Assembly (NCBI GenBank): GCA_951406725.2
Contig: OX597817.1
Coordinates: 12,958,001 to 13,022,000 of the forward strand
Direction: 5' to 3'
Length of the DNA: 64,000 nt
Source: Octopus vulgaris
Lineage: Eukaryota
The translations under genes and the position numbers were made by a program. Below are positions 57,661-64,000 of the stretch, in pieces (positions within the stretch are counted from its first letter, which is position 1; every line of letters starts with the position of its first letter). Below the pieces are notes generated by a model. That model made no database searches. It saw only the letters and a program-made list of their open reading frames with translations, and was not told where the DNA came from.

Positions 57661-57849
57661 CCTCTATATGGTAACTTGACTTACTCTGCTAGAAATAACA
57701 GCAAAACATATCTACAAGCTTAAAACTATTTTATTGGAAAGGACATTGAAAAATGCAGTCCCAAATATTATTAAGAAGTCAAGATCGCTGCTCTTGGAAT
57801 ACCATTGACCATTTGACTGTTTAGTCAGGGATAACCTAGATTTAAACAA

Positions 57850-60550
57850 ATGATGCAAATGACCTATTGATCTGCAACACCAACTTTAGGAAGCCAACCA
57901 TGCATCTGATAACCTACCAATCAGGGAGCTACACTAGCCAGACCAATTACTTTCTCACCAGACAGTGGGATGCATGGTTGCTCTTCAAAACAAAGACCCT
58001 CCCTGCTGAAGAACATATCCCCCAGCATAGACTAGTCATTATCGACAACAGGCCAGAAGGGTGCAAAGAAGCAGACAAATCTGGAAAAGAAGGAATTGGA
58101 AGCTTAAGGACCCTTCATATGGTCAAAGATTTAGGGACATCCTAAAGGAGAAATTTGATGAGAGGGAGGAGGAGCTACAAACTTGTGATATAGAGGGCCA
58201 CTGTGAATTCCTGTGAATTCCTGCGGGACAGACCAAATTTGTGGGTGATGCAAAGTCCCAACCAGACCTAGGGTAACGTGGTAGTGGAACAATGCCATAG
58301 ACAGGGCCTTTAAAGCAAGGAAACAGGCCTGGAAGACCTGGAAGAGTGGGGGTAGCAGGGAACTGCATCAGATAGCCAGAAGGGAAGCTAGGAGACAGGT
58401 ATATCTAGCCAAGGGAGAAGCAGAAAAGAGGAAGAATTGAAGTGTTCCAGACTGCAAGACAGTTTGTAAGAGTAAATTGTGATGTCATAGGAGAGAAATG
58501 TGTCCACATGAATGATGGTGCACTTATTTGCATTCAGTGATTCTGCAAAGAAAGAAGCTTGGAAATGCCATTATGAAAGGATTCTGAATGTAGAGAATGA
58601 ATAGGAGGAGAGTCTGCAAATGTTGATTCAATTGGGGGACCAGCTACCTGAATCAACAGTACCTTGGCAGATAAAGAAACTAAGGACATGTCTTCAAGGA
58701 CATGAAGACAGGGAAAGCTCCTGGCCCATCAGGAATCACCGCTGAGATGCTTTAAATATCTGGCAGTGTGGGTTATAGTCTAGTCACTCGTATTATAAAT
58801 CAGGTGATTCACAAAGGAGTCATACACAATGACTGGTGTAGCAGCACCTTAGTCAACTGCTACAAAAGGTAAAGGTGAGGCTTTAGAAAGAAATAACTAC
58901 AGGGGTATCAAATTATTGGATCAGGTGATGAAAGTTATGAAGAGGGTCATAGCCCAACTAATTAGGGAGTGAATTAGCCTAGATGAGATGCAGTTTGGTT
59001 TTGTGCCATGTAGGAGCACCACTGATGTTATATTTCTGGTAAGACAGCTGCAGTAGAAATACATAGCCAAAGGTAAACCTCTGTGCTTAGCTTTTGTTGA
59101 GTTGGAGAAAGCTTTTGATAGGATCCCCTAATCCCTTATCTGCTTGTCAGTGTGGAAACTAGTGAATAGACAAGTGGCTGATGAGAGCTGCACAAACCAT
59201 CTACGGAGACGCTACTAGTAAGGTGAAGATTCGCAACAAGTATAGTGAAGAATTCAGTATACAAGTAGGGGTTCACTTTAGGCAATAACAGAGGAATTTA
59301 AGACAGGCTGCCCCTGGGAGCTCCTCTATGCTGATGACCTTGTTCTTATAGCTGAATCACTACCAGAACTAGAGAAGAAATTCCAGGTATGGAAGCAAGG
59401 TCTAGAATCAAAGGACCTTAGAGTTAGCCTACCAAAAACCAAAGTTTTAGGAAGTAGGAAGGCAGAGAAATCAAAAGTCCCTTCAGGTAGATGGCCCTGC
59501 TCAATCTGTAGAAAAGGTGTAGGTAGTAACTCTGTAAGATGCAGCCAGTGTTAGCTTTAGATACATAAAAAGTGTAGCAATATCAGAGGAAGGTTAACAG
59601 GGAAAATAGCTTTTGAGTGTGGTAGATGCACAGGTACACTAAATACAGAAAATCGACTCCATCAATTGCCATAGGGGTAAGCTAGAGGTAGTAGATATCT
59701 TCTGTTACCTAGGTAAACAAGTTAGTAGCGGAGGTGGATGTTCCGAGACCATAGCTGTCAGATTAAGATTAAGCTGGGCAAAATTTAGAGGGCTCCTGCC
59801 TCTGCTGGCAACAAAGGGTCTCTCACTTAGAGTGAAAGGCAAATTCTATAATGCCTGTGGGTGAACTGCTATGCTACATGGCAGAGAAACATGAACTGTG
59901 ACAGTCGGGGACATGCATAGGCTTGAAAGAAATGAAGCCAGTATGCTTCACTGGATGTGCAATGTCAATGAGCATTCTTGACAGAGTATAAGCACCTTGA
60001 GAGAAAAGTTGGGCATAAGAGGCATCAGATGTGGTGTGCAAGAAAGACAAGTGTGCTGGTATGGTCATGCGATGCATATGGACAAGGACTGTGTAAATAA
60101 GTGCTGATCTCTGACCGTCAAGGGAATCTGTGGTAGAGTTAGACCCAGGAAGACACGAGATGAGGTGGGGAAGCATGACCTTTCAACTTTGGGTCTCACA
60201 GAGGCAATGACTAGTGACTAAGACCTTTGGCAATATGCTGTGCATGAGATAACCTGTCAAACCAAATGAAATCCGAGTCGTGGCTCATGCTGGTATCACA
60301 TAACCAGTACCCATGCAAGTGGCACATAAGAAGCACCCTTCAAGCATTGAGCCTCAAAGAGCCAAGGTACTTAAGCTCCTTTCAGGTGTTGAGCCTCACA
60401 GATGCAATGAATGAGACCTTTAGTATTATGTTGGGATTGAGCAAACCCATCAAGATGAATAAAATCACAGTCATGGCACATACTGGTGCCATGCAAATGG
60501 CATCCATGCTAGTGGTATGTAAAAGCACCTTTCAACCATTGGGCCTCAAA
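57850..60550 (+). mobile_element. Decayed RTE-clade LINE (endonuclease end, RT, Cys-rich insert, 3' UTR)
   Basis: ICNTNFRKP, GKAPGPSGITAEML, YRGIKLL, QFGFVP.RSTTD, AFVELEKAFDR, LLYADDLVLIA, WPCSICRKGVGSNS; many stops and frameshifts. Confidence 0.9.
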
Positions 60551-60581
60551 TAATACATATATAAATATATATCATTGGGCC

Positions 60582-60615
<34 letters not shown>

Positions 60616-60675
60616 TAATTGGGTCTCACATAATATATATATACCTAAAAAATATAAATATATAATTTTTTTCAT

Positions 60676-61318
60676 AGTTTCAGCTTAGAGCTGTGGCCAT
60701 GCTGGAACACCACCATTTTGCTACACTGTTATTACTGAGAGCCTCCTCTAATATGTGACACTTGGTGTAGAATGGAGTTTGTAGCTACCCTCATCTGCAC
60801 CTCTTGCCATGAGGTAGGTTCGTCTGGGACTCTCAACAGGAAGAGGTCCAGCCTTGATTTCAAAACATCTACATCTACTTCGTGCAGGTTCCTCAGGCTC
60901 TTTGGGAGAATATTAAAAAGCTGTGGGCCCCTGAAACCCAGGCTGTTGCATTAACTGGTCCTGAAGTGCGATGGCATTGCTAGGACCTTTGGCACTGTGC
61001 ACTGGCAACCTGTTCTGGCATTGGTACAGCTTTCAATGCCAAACTTTGGCACAATTTCTTCCAGGGTCTTCCAGATGTATATTACTGCATACCTCTCCTG
61101 CCTTTGCTCCAGGGAGTAGAGTCTTAGCTGTTTCAGCCTTTCCCAGTGGGTGAGCTGTTGCAAAGAGACAATCTTCTTTGTGAAGTGTCACTAGATTGCT
61201 TCAAGGTCTGCTGTTAATTTTACACTGCTGGATGACCATAGCTGGGAGCAGTAATACAGGTGGCTTAGGACGAATGTCCTTCAGGGGACCATCATGGTTT
61301 CCTTTTCTCTAGTTCTGA
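60676..61318 (-). mobile_element. CR1-like LINE 3' portion
   Basis: LTHWERLKQLRLYSLEQRQERYAVIYIWK; inverted homologue of ~62900-63520. Confidence 0.85.
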
Positions 61319-61334
61319 ATATATATATATATAT

Positions 61335-62065
61335 ATAAGAAGGTTTGTAGGTGATGTACAGATATTATATATTAGGAAAAATAAGGTACTCAGAGATCTG
61401 GATGGTTGTACATATACAAATATTTATTGACATGTCACATGTTTTTAGAAGTATGGCAAGACGCATATGCAGCATAGTGGCCGACTCACAAACTCACCAA
61501 ATAAGACTATATGAACTTAAAAACTTCCCACTAGAACAGAAATACCTACTCAAATTAATAGAAAACGGAATCTCGAGAGCAATGAAACTGGACATCACAC
61601 AGCTCAGAACTCCAAAAAAGAAAAGCAAAGAAAACATCATCCCATTCATAAACACACACAACCCTGGAGTTACCAACATGTTTCAAATCATACATTCAAA
61701 CTTACCAATAGTCCTACAAAGCCCCAAAATGGGAAACCTGTTAAACAAATACTGCATAAGAAACAGTAAATGCCAAGAGAAAGACCTGAAAAAAACAATT
61801 GACAAGCAGAAAATTCTCATCAGAGAATGGAACCGAATTCTTTGAGAAAGAATGTGGAGATAGTAGATGTGGGATCTGCAGTAACCCCATCTACAAATAC
61901 ATAGAGGAAAACAACCAAATTAAATTTAAGAGTGGAGACACATTCAAAGCAAATGCAGACATGAATTGCAATACACAAAACTTAATATATTGCATAACCT
62001 GTCCCACATTCAAAGAGAACTATATAGGTAAAACTGGCAACACTCTTCGGTTGCATATTTGTGTG
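61335..62065 (+). mobile_element. Penelope-like element fragment (RT C-terminus + GIY-YIG endonuclease start)
   Basis: ARRICSIV, IPFINTHNP, C...RCGIC, MNCNTQNLIYCITCP....YIGKTG motifs; inserted at (TA)n. Confidence 0.82.
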
Positions 62066-62279
62066 AATAAAAATTGTTTTTCTTTGGAATAGAAAAAAAG
62101 TTTATCTTTATTTCTTCTTTTGCTGGTGTCTCAAATTTAGGTTAAATCAGTGTTTCTCAAAGGAGAGGCCTATGGGACAGTCGGACGACAAGTTGTTTTG
62201 AGAAAATTTTGTTTAAATGTTTGACAACTCAGCACCATCCATTGGACGGGGGGCATTTTGCTCACACATTTATATATAT

Positions 62280-63520
62280 ATACTCAACAAATCAAATGTG
62301 GATGTAATATACCTTGATTTTGCTAAAGCTTTTGACAAAGTGGATCATGGTATGATATGCCACAAACTGTGTGATCTTGGCATAGCTGGAAAACTTGGAG
62401 TGGTTACATGACTTTCTGAAAGATAGAAGTCAGGCAGTAGTGGCCAATGGATCCACTTCAATAAAAACACAAATAGTGAGTGGTGTTCCACAGGGCACTG
62501 TCTTGGAACACTGCTTTTCATAGTGACCCTCTCAGATATGCCCTCAACTGCCTGGATAGCCACCCTTGCTAGCTACACAGATGATACGAAAGTCTCTCAG
62601 AAAATACAGAACCTCAGCGATGATGCACATTTGCAGCAGGAGTTGGACTCAATTTACAGATGGGCTGAGGATAATAATATACAGTTTAATGCTGAAAAAT
62701 TCCAAACCCTGCACTACCGGCATCCAAAACTGAATATGAAACTTACAGGGAACACTCCACAGGGAATTACAATCCCAGAGCCTAAATCAGTGAGGGCCTG
62801 AGTATCGACATGAGAGACGATACTTCTTTTCAAATAAATGAACATCGCCAGGATGGTGACAAAGAGCAGACGACTGGCTGGATGAATCCTGAGAACATTC
62901 AGAAACAGAGATAATGAAACCCTGATGGTCCTCTGGAGGACATTTGTCCTCAGCTCCCTGGATTACTGCTCCCAGTTATGGCCACCCATCAGTGTTAAAC
63001 TAACAGTGGACCTTGAAGTAATCCAGCGAAGCTTCCAAAGAAGATTGTCTCTTAGCAACAGCTCAGCTATTGGGAAAGGCTGAAACAGCTAAGACTCTAT
63101 TCCCTGGAGCAAAGGCGGGAGAGGTATACAGTAATATACATCTGGAAGATCCTGGAAGGAATTATGCCAAATTTTGGCATTGAAAGTTACACCAACGCCA
63201 GAACGAGTCAACACTGCACAATGTCAAAGATCCCAGCAATATTATTGCACTTCAGGACCAGTTACTGCAACAGCCTGGGTTTCAGAGGCTTACAGTTTTT
63301 TAATATTCTCCCAACGAGCCTGAGGAACCTGCACGAAGTAGATGTAGATGGTTTGAAAACAAGGCTGTACCTCATCCTGTCAAAAGTCCCAGACGAACCT
63401 ACCACACGGCAAGAGGTGCAAATGAGGGTAGCTACATCAAACTCCATTATACACCAGTAATAACAGTACAGCAAAATGGCAATGCACCAGCATGGCAAAG
63501 CTCTGAGCTGAAACTACAAA
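62280..63520 (+). mobile_element. CR1-like LINE RT to 3' end, decayed
   Basis: VDVIYLDFAKAFDKVDH, SGVPQGTVLG, YTDDTK, WAEDNNIQFN motifs. Confidence 0.88.
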
Positions 63521-63540
63521 AGAAAGATATATATTATATA

Positions 63541-64000
63541 TCATCATCATCATCATCATCATCATCATCGTTTAGCGTCCGCTTTCCATGCTAGCATGGG
63601 TTGGACGGTTCAACTGGGGTCTGGGAAGCCAGAAGGCTGCACCAGGCCCAGTTTGATCTGGCAATGTTTCTATGGCTGGATGCCCTTCCTAACGCCAACC
63701 ACTCCGTGAGTGTAGTGGGTGCTTTTTACGTGCCACTGGCACAGGTGCCAGACGAGTCTGGCAAACGGCCACGATCAGACGGTGCTTTTCATGTGCCACT
63801 GGCACGGGGGCCAGGCGAGGCTGGCAACGGCCACGAACGGATGGTGCTTTTTACGTGCCACCAGCACGGCGTGCCATGCCAGTCATCGAATTTCATTTCG
63901 ATTTCACTTGCCCTAACTGGTCTTCACAAGCAGAGTTTAGTGTCCAATGAGGGAAAGGTATGCAAGGTTATGGTCTCACATGGATTTGCCAGGTCTTCTC
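63541..64000 (-). mobile_element. Retroposon family B, long copy running off the window
   Basis: (CAT)n and sub-repeats; the 5' extension resembles the RTE ORF end. Confidence 0.8.

Overview
AT-rich, repeat-dense eukaryotic genomic DNA. The SINE, LINE and microsatellite content resembles an octopus/coleoid cephalopod genome (inference, not verified). The only host gene I can support is the 5' part of a cubilin (CUBN) orthologue on the minus strand. I traced 16 GT-AG exons by hand from 49186 down to 4626 (1913 nt, phases all compatible). They encode the N-terminal amnionless-binding segment, an unusually long coiled-coil stalk on five phase-0 exons, 8 EGF domains and CUB1. The signal-peptide exon was not found, and the gene continues beyond position 1. 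The rest is intronic or upstream sequence: three tRNA-headed SINE families, a (GAT)n-tailed family that looks like the 3' UTR of an RTE LINE, non-autonomous Helitrons, hAT/Tc1/piggyBac MITEs, foldback elements, decayed RTE/CR1/Penelope/mariner fragments and long microsatellites. The most notable observations are: a 53-nt copy of a cubilin EGF exon inserted, with a 9-bp duplication, into the arm of a foldback element 1.5 kb away; a 4x183-bp SINE-derived array inside a single 18-bp TSD; close inverted SINE pairs that could be dsRNA/ADAR substrates; and a hairpin-rich 365-bp direct duplication of unknown class. I found no convincing new protein-coding system. Repeat boundaries are approximate unless a TSD or terminus is quoted, and the family letters A-F are my own labels.
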